Assembly (NCBI RefSeq): GCF_964355755.1
Contig: NC_092670.1
Coordinates: 33,158,388-33,222,387, forward strand
Direction of reading: 5' to 3'
Source of the DNA: Antedon mediterranea
Taxonomy: Eukaryota > Animalia > Echinodermata
DNA length: 64,000 nucleotides
Below are positions 43,001 through 54,575 of the stretch, piece after piece (the stretch's first letter is position 1; the number at the start of each line of letters is the position of its first letter). Made by a program: the position numbers and the translations under genes. Below the pieces are notes generated by a model. The model saw nothing but the letters and a program-made list of their open reading frames with translations. It searched no databases and had not been told where the DNA came from.

Positions 43001-43800
43001 CTGCCATATTATTATCTACAACGAAGTATAAACAAAGGAGTGAATAGAAATTTACGGTCAGATCACATGTGTGCAAAAATGATCAAAAATGTAGGCCAAA
43101 AACACAATTCTCGTCCTTAAGCCTTGTCTACACTATCAAATGATTTTAAACTTGGACTCATGGATTTAGACAAACAAAACTAGGTAGAACAGTTTAAAAG
43201 GCATTTAAAATTAAAGTATTTAAAATTATTTAAATCAGATCAGATTGAATTTAGTTACCATTTATTAAATATTACAGATAGGAAACGTAAAAGAGTTACA
43301 ACAACATTTCGTCTAGGAGTTCTAGATCTCGAAGTTGAAAAGGGCAGATGGAACAAAGTTCCACTACAAGAACGTTTATGTAAAGTTTGTGATTTAGGTT
43401 TAATAGAAGATGAAATTCACTTTATGGTAATTTGTCCTTCCTATAAAAATATCAGAACTAAATATATTCCTAAGTTTTATTAATTTCCTTATAAAGTTAA
43501 GTTCAACATTATTAATGATAACAAAAACATTACAGGAGAGGTCGCAAATTTTGTTTTTATTGCCCACGAAAAAAAAAAAAATATTATGCAACATTTAGTA
43601 TTTACTTTTGTAAAATATAAGGAGGACCTGAGGCCTATATGTTTGAATAAAATCCCTGAAAAGGGAATTGAATGAATGTAACAAGATATTTAGTTTCTAT
43701 ACTACTGTATACATAGATACTCACCAGCAACACAGATGATGCAATGTGCAAACATTAAAAATGGCGGCAGTAGGTCTATTGTACGTCCTTTTGGTCCCAT
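24350..43800 (-). CDS. Gene B: intact adhesion GPCR-like receptor, SP - C-type lectin - 1 HYR - GAIN/GPS - 7TM (about 714 aa, 18 exons)
   Basis: Hand-built exons (minus strand): 43725-43800 (MGPKGRTIDLLPPFLMFAHCIICVA), 42445-42708 and 41554-41679 (CTL: CPTGW..CY..WIAYND..EPN..EDC..WHD..C), 31265-31516 (HYR), 30338-30342, 30085-30190, 29738-29839, 29330-29414, 29094-29214, 28597-28661, 28310-28421 (GPS ..W..G..CYSEHLTSFSVLM), 27993-28093, 27660-27765, 26877-27097 (LHFSSLNTFTWMCAEA), 26670-26736 (CWLS), 25622-25725, 25255-25423 (LLPLMGTTW..FNVLNGCQG), 24350-24412 (stop). The total is 2145 nt and all splice phases are compatible. Confidence 0.88.
24473..24960. mobile_element. MITE (Tc1/mariner-pogo-like, TA flanks) in the last intron of gene B
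   Basis: TIRs taccataaaaccttgaaaagaagcccatggg / cccatgggcttcttttcaaggttttacggta, with many internal gaaaagaagccc motifs. Confidence 0.85.
31750..32085 (-). mobile_element. RTE-like LINE 3' fragment
   Basis: The minus strand reads RRLTWYGHLLRLNENTPAKIAL..GRPKTTW. Confidence 0.65.
34717..35296 (+). mobile_element. Solo LTR (probably Ty3/Gypsy), 580 bp
   Basis: ctat|TGTAATATA ... TATATTACA|ctat shows TG..CA ends, a 9-bp terminal inverted repeat and a 4-bp TSD, with internal aataaa near 35223. Confidence 0.8.
35486..37964. mobile_element. Foldback-type element with about 0.95-kb inverted arms (35486-36448 / 37049-37964)
   Basis: The arms are reverse complements (ttactctagtagctagatcaacttt.. / ..aaagttgatctagctactagagtaa) with internal repeated tgacctttgacc motifs. 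Weaker outer inverted similarity extends to about 35425 and 38100. Confidence 0.88.
38155..38706. mobile_element. MITE (PIF/Harbinger-like)
   Basis: TIRs ccctttcacaccaaaa / ttttggtgtgaaaggg, TTA-type flanks and internal ctccggag repeats. Confidence 0.78.
39111..40625 (+). pseudogene. Degenerate spliced coiled-coil gene remnant nested antisense in gene B intron 3 (partial second copy at about 45581-45870)
   Basis: ag|..|gt-bounded E/K-rich segments at about 39111-39312 (ORF 39114-39317), 39558-39740, 40015-40186 and 40485-40625. The later segments contain stops and frameshifts. Confidence 0.5.
39805..43236 (+). repeat. Segmental duplication, paralogous to about 44668-49536
   Basis: Both copies start with aaagagtagtgacaatggcattgcaaaa and end with aaatcagatcaga. 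The right copy has extra insertions at 44866-45567, about 46630-47105 and 47165-47677. Confidence 0.92.
42010..42155. mobile_element. Short MITE family with gtctacactatcaaac TIRs; other copies or fragments at about 39400-39535, 42915, 43120, 48285-48445, 49200, 49415
   Basis: gtctacactatcaaac ... gtttgatagtgtaga inverted ends with a shared gtgatatgac..catatatggg core. Confidence 0.7.
43141..43680 (+). mobile_element. LINE 3' fragment with C-terminal zinc-finger motif
   Basis: FRLGVLDLEVEKGRWNKVPLQERLCKVCDLGLIEDEIHFMVICPSYKNIR, then aataaa and a (gaat)n tail. Confidence 0.8.
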
Positions 43801-44865
43801 TTTGACAATAAAATTCACAACGCTATAGAAATATAACTAATACAAAACGTTTGTTGCTGTCGAATATTAAGTAAAATAATACAGCAATACTACAGAATGT
43901 CTTTAATGTATATCCTACATATATGCCTACTATTATTCTCAAAGCCTGTTTTCACTTGGCGATTTTTTTTGCAGGTGAAAATCGCACTATTGTTTCTCTA
44001 CTAAAGGATTTGTATTTCCACTGTGTGTTTCTGAGCTTTTCGATAAGCATTAGTGTTCATGAACGCATGACAGCTCATTCCTTGAGATCTAATTGGTTGC
44101 ACAATCTGTCGCTTCGCAAAAATGATAAACTACTAATTCCGTGTAAAACTGGCTCCCTACCTGAATAAATGAAAACATGATTAAGATCACAATTTACACG
44201 CCGAAGAATTTGATTAATGGACACCTTCCGATTTAATAATTATTTTTGAACTTCTCAATTATTAACTGCATTCATGATTTCAAAAAGCTTATAAGTTACA
44301 ATGGGTTCTCGTTATCAATCGACTTGACGACACAATACAGAATATTAACGGTGACCTAGAATCTGTAGTTTTGTTTGTAACTATTTTAATCGTGACTTTT
44401 TAGCCTTGCCTGATACACATTTTAATTTATATGATGTGTTTGACAATACATTGAACATAAAATGGTTGCATGTAAACGAACTTGGTTGAAGATAACGTCT
44501 AAGTAAAAATGACAACATTGCAGTTCAGATAAATAATAACAATTTTTTTATTTGTGTAAACATCTTATAATGATCTTTGTTACATACATATTATACATAT
44601 TATACTATAAGTAAACAAACAGGTTTGTATTATGTAAACACCAAAAACATTTGTAATAATATTAATTAAAGAGTAGTGACAATGGCATTGCAAAAAGTAA
44701 GCGTCAGTGTATATTAATTTTGAAAGAAAAAGGTTACTTAATTAATTTACGTGTTATCGTTTCGGAATACTGTATATAATACAATATTTTTATAAATGAA
44801 TAATGCTACTCCAATGTTTCCAAATACTCCAACCTCTTAATAATGTATATTTAAGTATACTTTGT

Positions 44866-45567
44866 TTTTAGTCGCGTGGAAGCGACTCTATAGTTAACTA
44901 TGTCGGTCGGTCGGTCTGTCGGTCTGTCGGTCTGTCGGTCTGTCTGTCGGTCCGGTATCACTATGCGTTTTATCGCTTTCTGACCTTATCTTGATATCAG
45001 TTTAATCTAGCTAAGTCAATTTTTCACAGTATATTCCTTATGGCCAGGAATCGATGTGGTTATGTTTTCACGGTGCGCAATAAAAAATTACGCGGTCTAC
45101 GCACGATTTAACGAAATCACGTTTGTAATCATATCTTCACAACCATGAATCACAATTAAATGCAATTTGGTACTCATAAATTTCAGGGCATGAATCATCA
45201 TATGGTAATACAATTACGTGTGTAGCGCATGTAACGCATGCGTACGCGCGCTTAAAATTTTCAAAATATATTTTCGATGAAATAAGAGTACGTTTCGGGC
45301 AATTTTAAGCGTTTACAAAATTGCCATGAGTGCGCAGATTTTGCGCGCGCACTGCACGTTAAATGTTATTGCGAACTCTTTTTGCCCGATTTCTGTTTTC
45401 TTGACTTACTTTTCAACTCGAAATTACGTTATACGAGCACGTCAAAAGTGACAGGCTACGCACGTGTAAATTTTTAAACATGTTCAGTAATTTTGGTCAA
45501 TTGGTAGGTTGGTCGGTCGGTCGTTAAACACTAATCACGCGACTGCAGCCATCTATATGACCTTGTT
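44866..45567 (+). mobile_element. HINE/DINE-1-like element
   Basis: tttagtcgcgtggaagcgactctatag..(gtcg/gtct)n..cacgcgactgcagcc..gaccttgtt. The empty site is visible in the paralog at about 39995. Confidence 0.78.
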
Positions 45568-47164
45568 ACTTTATATTTCAGGTTGAATGAGAAATGTTGT
45601 GAAGTAACCAAAGAAAGGAAAGCCTGTGAAGAACTAGTGGAACAGTTAAAGAAAACCAGAGATGAAATAAAGAAAATAACTGATGAGAAAAAAGAACTAA
45701 TGAAAGAATTTGAAATGTATATAAGCAAGAGCTGAGAAAAGCATCGAACTGAATGAAAAGAAAATCATCTGTGGATTGATAGTGGAGGAGCTTCATGCAC
45801 AAGGAAATTATGAAGCAATGCAAAAAATGGATTACCGAATCATCACCAAACTTCCGAAATTGGATATAAGAAGTAGGCCTATGGACAACTTATATAATAT
45901 TCAATTAATTAATGATTGATTATTCATATTATGAACAATCAATCATTAGTATTTTCATCATAATAGCGATCTTACGTTTCCATGATGCGCCACACGGATA
46001 TACAACTTTTGCGTCAAAAAGTCATTCTAAGTTTGCGCAAAACGATTGTTAGACTCAATAGCTGCATCGTTGTGTGAAATGGCCGCTATTATCAGCTTAA
46101 CTGTCAGAGACTATTTTAAGATTGTTTACTTTAGAGTGTTTGTGTATGTTTGTCAAGATTGCCACAATAAAGCATGGACATATGATTTTAGGATAGACAA
46201 TTAATTTGCTTATGGTTATCCTTTTCCTCGATATAAAAAAAATAATTTGTTAAATACAAATAATAAAATGTGTTGTTTTTTTCATAGCTTCATTAAGCAA
46301 ACAGCAGAATTAAATTCACTGACTAAAGTGACAATTAATGTTGATGCAATTTACCGACCAAAAAATATCCGTGAAGTTTGATCATCTCTAGCAACAGCAG
46401 GAATATATTGTTGCTGCGAAGACAAAACCATAATTAAAGAAGCAATCGGGAGCCATTTCAAGCAAATTTAAAAGGAACATGACTTAAGTCTCCAATAACA
46501 ACATCTTAAGTACTATTATTATTAACATTGCAATAATATGACTACGGTATAGCATTTATTAAGAAAAAAAACCCCAAAAAACGCCTACTACTATTATTTA
46601 TTAATTGATGTAAAACATACGCCTAACACCAGCCAAACTACTCTGATATCATAATTTTAAGTCAGTAGTCTGAAATATTATTTTAGTTCTTAGAATCATA
46701 TCATTATTTTGTATTTTATATCTTTTCAGATGCCTTGATGTGATGATGTATTGACTAATCATGCAAAACAATTCTTTTTAAATATAAAAAAATAATCATG
46801 GACTGTACACAAATAATTGAATATGATGAACATTTTTATTTTTCTACTAATTTTAAGTTAAAACTAGAACCTAGTAGACGTTAACTCCAATGAGCTGTAC
46901 CAATTTTGACCGAAGTGTTGTAGTGTACGCGGGTCTGTATCACACGCACACATACATTCGACTGAAAATGTTCATATAAATGAATCGTTTCGGTTGTAGT
47001 AACGGCATGGTATTTAGGTAGGTGTGGCCTAAAGATATCACCAAAGTATCGTTCTACCACATACGTAAGCATACGTCATAAATATTGCGAAGACCTAACT
47101 CAATTAACACATTTTTATTACGGTTTGAAAAAGTTCAGATTATTTGGGAAATATACCAATTAAA

Positions 47165-47677
47165 TTAAAAAACTTAATATCTTAAAAGTAATAGATTTAC
47201 ATAGACAACAAATACTTACTTTTATGTTCCAATATGTTAAAGGTCAACTTCCATTCTCTATAATATAATTATTTAAAAAACCAAAGACTGTCCATAGTTA
47301 TTATCTTAAGAACTCAAATTTACTTTATGTTCCTTTTGTAAGACTTAGCAAAAGCCAATTTTTTATTACAGTTCATGGACCTAAATTATGGAATAACTTA
47401 AAAGAGAATCTAAAAAAATGTGAAAATGCAAAAATATTCAGACATCAAATTAAGTTTAATTATTTGGAAAATTATCATTCATAAATATACTATTATTATT
47501 ATGCCAATTTTACCTAATTTGTACACATTTTTATTTTGTATTTATGTTTTGTTTGGTCTTTCTGAGACAGGCCTTGGCCTCTAAGTCTGATCCAAATTAA
47601 TGAAATCATTATTTGTTTATATTGTTTATATTGTTTAAGTTTTCATTAATTGAATAAATGTGAAATGAAATGAAATG
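47165..47677 (+). mobile_element. LINE (L2/Crack-like) 3' fragment
   Basis: RLSKSQFFITVHGPKLWNNL and a (tgaaa)n tail, flanked by aattaaa. The empty site is in the paralog at about 41411. Confidence 0.75.
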
Positions 47678-47824
47678 AATTAAAGGTTCTCCAATACACC
47701 CACACACACCACAACCACACCTCTTAGGCGGAGATAATAATAAAGAAATCATAATAATAATATCTAAAGTAGCATGTGTGTAGATATACCAAACGTAATA
47801 TAGTCATAATAATGTATTACTTAC

Positions 47825-48994
47825 ATTTGTCACACAACGCTACCCACGCTGTTTCTGCACACGATATGTCATGCCAAGCACCGTTTAAAGGTTTATGCAG
47901 AACAGCACAATCTTCGTTACCCAATTGGTTTGGTTCACCATCATACCAATCTAAAGAAACGTAAAATATAATTATAACAGATCTAAATATATTCTTATCA
48001 TTTGATTGTTGGACGATTGTGCAATTAAACGATCTTCTTAAAAATATTCTCGCATATAGAAACATTTTTTATTTAATTTATTTTTTATTAAATCTGCTTT
48101 CATGTGTCTTTGCTTTAGACAAGACATAGGTACGAGTTCCGATGCCACTACTTTAAAAAAAGCCTGCTATTCACAAAATAATGATAGTGTATTAGTTCGT
48201 ACAGTATATCTAACAATACCCGCCATTATTATGGCCCTAATTTGTTGACCCTGTATCAATTACATACTGCTATATTCGTCTTAAGCTCTGTCTACACTAT
48301 CAAATTAATTCGACAAACAACAAAATGTGATGTGCCAAATTTGGCAGTAATATTCCCAAATATGGTAGTGATATGACAACTGTATGTCCAAATATAGGAA
48401 TATCACATTTTTTTGGTCACATAAAGTTTCATAGTGGAGACAGATATTTATGTAGATACAAGGATTAATCTTATCGTTTGAAGGGGTTCTAAATATTACC
48501 GCCTTTTTATTGTTATAAGTTGATAGTTTTGGTAGGTTTGTCTGGCGTATCTAGTAGAACGTTTTATTGACCATCAACACATAACAATCAACTCGGCTAA
48601 AACACTAAGATCAAAATTTAACTATCGAAAATGTATTTCTGTATTGAATTTGTTTTTAAAAAATCAATAATATTATTATTATAACGGAAAAAATTATCTA
48701 TACGAAGAGTTCTCTTTAATCAAAATTGTATAAAACCATACGTGTATAGTTGTCACTAATCCCAGACAGCCACTGAAAATAGCCTTCTATTGCGATATCA
48801 TTATTGGCAATCCAAGCTCCATCTGATGTGGAATCCTCAGCAAATTGTTGAAGTATCCACAAGCTTTCTTCTTCAGTTAAAATATCGATTAAATCAACGG
48901 TAAAATATGTGCATATATCTCCACGTACCATATGCGTTGGTGACCCAATAGCATTTTGAACATGCGGTGTTGTAATGCCATCCAGTTGGACACC
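47825..48994 (-). pseudogene. Cassette D: duplicated C-type lectin exons of gene B; first exon frameshifted, no signal exon
   Basis: Exon 48742-48994 is 253 nt versus 264 nt in B, with an 11-nt deletion (cttgtataatt). Exon 47825-47950 is intact (EPN..WHD). The duplicated block ends at about 49536, where a LINE starts. Confidence 0.8.
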
Positions 48995-49536
48995 CTGAAA
49001 TAAAATAAATTTCCATTTATTTAAACGTTATGTATACCTGATTTGATGACTTTAATGGTATTTCAATGGTATTGTACAGTAAACTTAGGGGAACATGAAG
49101 TAAATTGTATAATGCAATATCTTTAGTCTATTATTATCTACAACGAAGTATCGAAAAAGTGGCGATTACAAATTCACGGTCAGATCAGATGTCATAAACC
49201 TTGTCTACACTATCAAACTCAATGTGACAAAAAATGCGATATGCCCATATATGGACATGATGATGTCATATCACTACCCTCTTTGGTTATACCACTACCA
49301 TATTATTACCTACAACGAAATATAAAAAAGTGGCGAATACAAATTCACGGTCAGATCACATGTGTGCAAAAATGATCAAAAATGTAGGCCAAAAACACAA
49401 TTCTCGTCCTTAAGCCTTGTCTACACTATCAAATGATTTTAAACTTGGACTCATGGATTTAGACAAACAAAACTAGGTAGAACAGTTTAAAAGGCATTTA
49501 AAATTAAAGTATTTAAAATTATTTAAATCAGATCAG

Positions 49537-52500
49537 AGTATCTTTCACTTAAACGCACGCAGTCTTGTTAAACATTTTAACGATATCAATGTATGCGTAG
49601 GTGCTATTAACCATGAATTCTCAGCACTATGCTTCAAAGAAACTTTTTTTAATCATAATACGCCCTTTTCCTTTTATATTATTCTCAATTATAACCTCTT
49701 GCATGTTCCACAAGCTAATAGACCAGGAGGAGGCGTTGCCATTTACCTACACCAGAGATTTAAATATATTCTTCGCCCTGATTTATCATTTATCATTACT
49801 AATGGTTCGGAATCTCTTTTCATTGAAATTGATGCACAACCCAAAAACATAATCCTTGGAGTAGTATATCGTTTGCCTGAATTATCCATTAACACATTTA
49901 ATAAAGATATCTCTAATTTAATTGACACCATTAATAATGAGAAAAAACAGCATATATTTCAGGAGACTTTAATATTAACTTGTTAAATTCTAAAACACAC
50001 AAATGAACTTCTGTTTTTGTTAATACTTTATTTCAATCAAATTATTATCCTCTTATTACTAGGCCAACTAAAATTACGCGTAATTCTGCAAATTTAATCG
50101 ATATTTTTTGTAATAATCTATACGATAACATTTCTTCCGGAATTCTATATTCGGACATCTCGGATCACTTTCCTGTTTTCTTGTTAATACATAAATCATC
50201 AGAACTTCTCCAACACCTGAAACCAAATTCAAAATATATATACATAAAAAAAGTCAATGATATTTCAATTTCTCCCTTAAGTAATGATTTTTCAAATGTT
50301 GACTGGACTAGTATTTATAACTCCAATGAACCCAATGAGGCATACGCATTATTCAACGACATATTTAGTACATTATATAATAACAACATTAAAACCACTC
50401 GTTCCAGACGCAATATTTGGAAAGAAAAAAAACCTTGGATAACTAAAGGCTTAATTAAATCTATCGACAAAAAACACAAATTATATAAAACATTTCTTAT
50501 ATCTAAAAAGAAAAAGGACAAAGATAAATATGTTAAATATCGAAATGTACTTACAAAAATCCTTCGTACTTCAGTGACACATTTGAATTCCATAAAAATA
50601 ACATCCAAAAAACCTGGCAAACAATAAATGGAGTCCTTGGCAAGAAATCTCGTAAACCGTTTCCTTCTCACTTTATTAACAATGACATTGAATTAAATAA
50701 TCCTCAACAAATTGCAACTGAATTCAATAATTATTTTACTAATATAGGGCCAAATTTAGTTAACAAAATACATGTGTCGGATAATGATAATTATACTTCT
50801 ACCCTACCACGCCCATGTGTGCACTCTCTCTTTCTTAGTCCAGTAACCGAACACGAAGTTGTCAGTATAATACTTTCCCTCAAAGATAATAAATCTCCTG
50901 GGTTTGATGGGTTTTCCAATAAAATTATTAAACGTGTTTCTAATTTTATATGCAAACCCTTCACTCACATTTTTAATACTTCTTTTCAAACCAGTATTTT
51001 AACAACGATATTTTAATTCATAAACTTTCCAATTACGGTATCAGAGGCCTTCCTTTAAAACTAATTAAAAGCTACCTTTTCAATCGTGTTCAGTTTACTT
51101 CCTTAAATAATGTTAACGCTTCCTATTCCCGTTTAACCTGTGGTGTTCCCCAAGGATCGATTCTTGGACCACTCTTATTCTTGATTTTTGTTAACGATAT
51201 ACCAAACAGCTCTAAATTACTAAATTTTATCTTATTTGCTGACGACACAAATATTTTTTTCTCACATCGTAAATTAAATACCTTGTTTAAAATTGCCAAT
51301 GATGAGTTACTTAAAGTTTCAAATTGGCTCAAACACAATAAATTAACTCTTAATACATTCAAAACGAACTATATCATATTTTCTAAACGTAAAATTTCAA
51401 ATTCTTTAAATGAACAAATATACATTGATAATAAAATGATCAAACGAGTTAATGAAACACAATTTTTAGGAGTAACCATAGATGCCTCTCTGACTTGGAA
51501 ACTACATATAAATAAAATCAGTAATCTAGTTTCAAGAAATGTTGGAATATTGAACAAATTAAAACATATCTTCCCTCAAAAAACCTTATTAACCCTTTAT
51601 AATACTTTAGTTTTGCCTTACCTTTCTTATGCCAATTTGTTGGGCAATTACTCTAGATAAATTTTATACGTTATGCCCCTGGAAAAGTCTAGAGAAAACT
51701 CAAATAGACCGCCGTTTTAAACTACGAAAACGTGCACTTCGGATTTGCGTGGGAGAATCATTTAGAGCCCATACAAAATTACTTTTTAAAAGATTTAACG
51801 TTTTAAACATTATTTTATGATTTAAATAAATTACAAGTTGCCTCATTTATGTACCGTTTATCTAACAATTTACTGCCTTCACATTTTGGTGCTTTATTTA
51901 CAAGAATTGACGTACGCCATTCCTATAAAATCCGATCCTCTGTTAACAATTATATACTTGATAATTTAAATGTTAAGGCTCGACGATTTTATATTTATTA
52001 TTTTGGTCCCAAACTTTGGACTTCACTCTCAAATGAACTTAAACAGAAATCTTCCTTTTCTAGTTTTAAATCTAATTTCAAACACAAAATGGTGTCAGAA
52101 TATGCTACATAATTTTTCGCCGATCGTTTATCCTTATTTATTTAGTGGTGATACATGGCATTAAATCCTTCACCCTGGTATTCAATAATCTCCGCTACAT
52201 TGTATCGTTATACTTGTTATTATACAATTATTTAATTATATTTCATATTGTACTCTAATTGTTATCATTATCCCTTTATCATTATATTATATAATTGCCT
52301 GGTTTATCTTAACTTCTATAATTTAAATTTTTTTTGTTTTTTGATTTTATGTACTTTCACTATTATATATTTATATTTTAGTCTACTCTGTAGCAATGTT
52401 AGTATAATAGGCATACGGGGGTCACAAATTAAAGTTCAGTGAACTTACTGTGACCTCCATCCACCCACATTTAATATATGTTATGTAAATGTAAATTATA
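49537..52500 (+). mobile_element. Degenerate CR1/L2-group LINE ORF2 (AP endonuclease + reverse transcriptase, internal deletion)
   Basis: SIFHLNARSL, GGGVAIY, GVVYR.P, GDFNI, SDHFP, KPWIT, KSPGFDG, GVPQGSILGPLLFLIFVNDI, LFADDT and FLGV, spread over frameshifted ORFs. Confidence 0.9.
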
Positions 52501-52690
52501 TATACACCATTTAAGCTGTTTTTTAGTCTCATTCCAAAATTGTTTATATCGATACCAAGCTACCTTCTTTGTTTCTACTCTTCAGATTCAGACTCCACCC
52601 TGGCTCCTTTTGTTATATTTCTTTTATTCCTGTCCACCCAGGCAGCACTTGCCAGCTTTATACTATGACGTTATCCAAATTCCTTTACTT

Positions 52691-52727
52691 GCACTGATGA
52701 AGGGCTAGTGTTGCTCGAAAGCTCTGC
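52691..52727 (+). ncRNA. Minimal type I hammerhead ribozyme in a Penelope-like terminal repeat fragment (about 52505-52865)
   Basis: GCA-CTGATGA-A-GGGC-tagtgtt-GCTC-GAAA-GCTC-TGC: stem I GCA/TGC, intact core, stem II, and palindromic AGCT in place of stem III. Confidence 0.8.
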
Positions 52728-52829
52728 TAACTTTTCTGGCTGTTTACTTTATCGTTTTGATTTAGCTTTTCGCTTTTTATTTTTGTATCTCCATTGAGAT
52801 CCAGCCACTGATACCCACAGCATTGTCAT

Positions 52830-52901
52830 TTTTTTTCAGTAATTTGCCTTTGGATTTATATATACATATATATAAATCCAAAGGCAAATTACTGAAAAAA
52901 A
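52830..52901. repeat. Perfect 35-bp-arm palindrome followed by (TA)n
   Basis: tttttttcagtaatttgcctttggatttatatata-ca-tatatataaatccaaaggcaaattactgaaaaaaa. Confidence 0.9.
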
Positions 52902-52904
52902 TAC

Positions 52905-52956
<52 letters not shown>

Positions 52957-53491
52957 TGAGTGGAAAAAATAAATAAACAAAACGAAAATACATTGTTACA
53001 AGGTAAGGTATATAATAATGTTTTTTTTGGAGGGAGACCTTCAAATGTTGTTACTTCTTGAGTTTTGCCTCTTTATTCTTTATATTTAAATTTTTGTTTA
53101 CACTGAAAGAGAAAAAAAAAGAAAAAAGAAAATAATGTATTTATTTATTCTATTTATTTTTATTTATTTATTAAATATCTAATATTTATAAGCAGTCGAT
53201 TTTTGCCTTCTAGAAATCATGGTAATGATGCTGTCGAATCAGCTGTTTTTAACATTTCCAACTGAGTTTCATGTCAGCAATGAAAGCAGACATTTGATCA
53301 TTGGATGGTAAAATCAGCTAATCGTCGTACTTTTATTACATTGAAACATACAATTATATTATACAGTTGTTATCAGTTATTATTCAAATAATCCAAACTG
53401 ACAAACTACGTTGAAATGACTCTCCTAGAAATTGTCAGGTAAAACGTTCCAAAAATATATTAATACAAAAAGCATAGATCTGAAAACTCAC

Positions 53492-53601
53492 CTCTTGCAG
53501 GTTCTTTGATGGATCATCGTGGATCAAAACTTCCATTTTAGTGAATCTGCTTGTAACAGTTGATATCTGGCACTTGGATTCCTTTCGTATATATGTCTTG
53601 G
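53492..53601 (-). CDS. Candidate further exon of cassette E
   Basis: tag|CC AAG ACA..CAA GAG|gtgagt is 110 nt, open, phase 1 to 0 (KTYIRKESKCQISTVTSRFTKMEVLIHDDPSKNLQE). There is no homolog in genes A or B. Confidence 0.3.
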
Positions 53602-53761
53602 CTACCGTTAATAAAATAAAACGCTAGGCGTGAGTAAACTTTATCTTATGTTTATTGTTATCGAGTAATGAAGATTATTTCAATGTCAGTCTTTAGCTGT
53701 TAGGCTTTATTAGATCTATCAATATGTTTATACATAAACAAATAATGTTCATTCATTTCGA

Positions 53762-54453
53762 AACCATGGTTTGTCATTTAAAAACAATGTTTTGTCTTCG
53801 ATAAAAAAAATACTATATATTGAATAAATTCATCTGGTTCCAAATAATATTTTTGTGGATTTTTACTTATATGTTGCACCAAAGAAACGATAAGGAATAA
53901 ATTACCTTCGTGACGTTTCGCCGACAATCTGTCGGCTGCTTCAGACTAAAGCCTGGGTTGGAAATGCATGTAGAAATAGAAATTCTTCGTCCCATGTTTT
54001 ACATAAGTCAGCCATAACTGACCATGCTATAGGGAATGACCATATTCCAAATAGGAATGCGAGAGTTATTGAAAATGAAGCACACACAGACAAAAGAAAG
54101 ATAAAAGAATCTATCTGCATAAGAAAAAGACCACATAATATCAACAGAGACATTGGTGGGTATGACCTCCCACATACATATGGCTGGAAAAAGTTGAAGC
54201 AGGAGGGGGGCCAGTGGAGACGCTTTACCGTCAATACCAACCAGACGGCTAGTGGCGCTGTTCAGCGTCACTTACAAAAAAACCAGACCATTCCAACCCA
54301 GGATTACGAGTTACGAATGTAATTTATTCCTTATCGTTTCTTTGGTTCAACATATAAGTAAAAATCCACAAAAATACTATAGTTTTTCTTCTATAAAACA
54401 TGATTTTTTATTAACAAACCATCATTGTCTTTCAAGGGAGACAAACTATGGTT
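53762..54453 (+). mobile_element. Penelope-like element remnant: GIY-YIG endonuclease C-terminus between inverted terminal repeats, with a mutated hammerhead at 53909-53947 (-)
   Basis: Plus frame KSAITDHAIGNDH..ARVIENE..RKIKESICIRK..NINRDIGGYDLPHTY (about 54005-54180). Inverted arms at about 53762-53962 / 54291-54453. The minus strand reads CTGAAGCA-GCCGACA-gat-TGTCGGC-GAAACGTC. Confidence 0.8.
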
Positions 54454-54575
54454 TGTAAAAGCAGACAAGAGTTTGTTTGTAGTGTGTCTGTTGGCGCTCG
54501 TAGTAACTCGTTTAACTGCACAAGCTTATACTTTAACAGGCATACACTACACTTTTATACTTCTATGTTACTAAC

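Noticed and set aside
53205-53317. GAIN-like exon for cassette E (LILPSNDQMSAFIAD..)
   Set aside because: It has only weak resemblance to the first GAIN exon and hits a stop or frameshift, so it is not supportable without alignment statistics.
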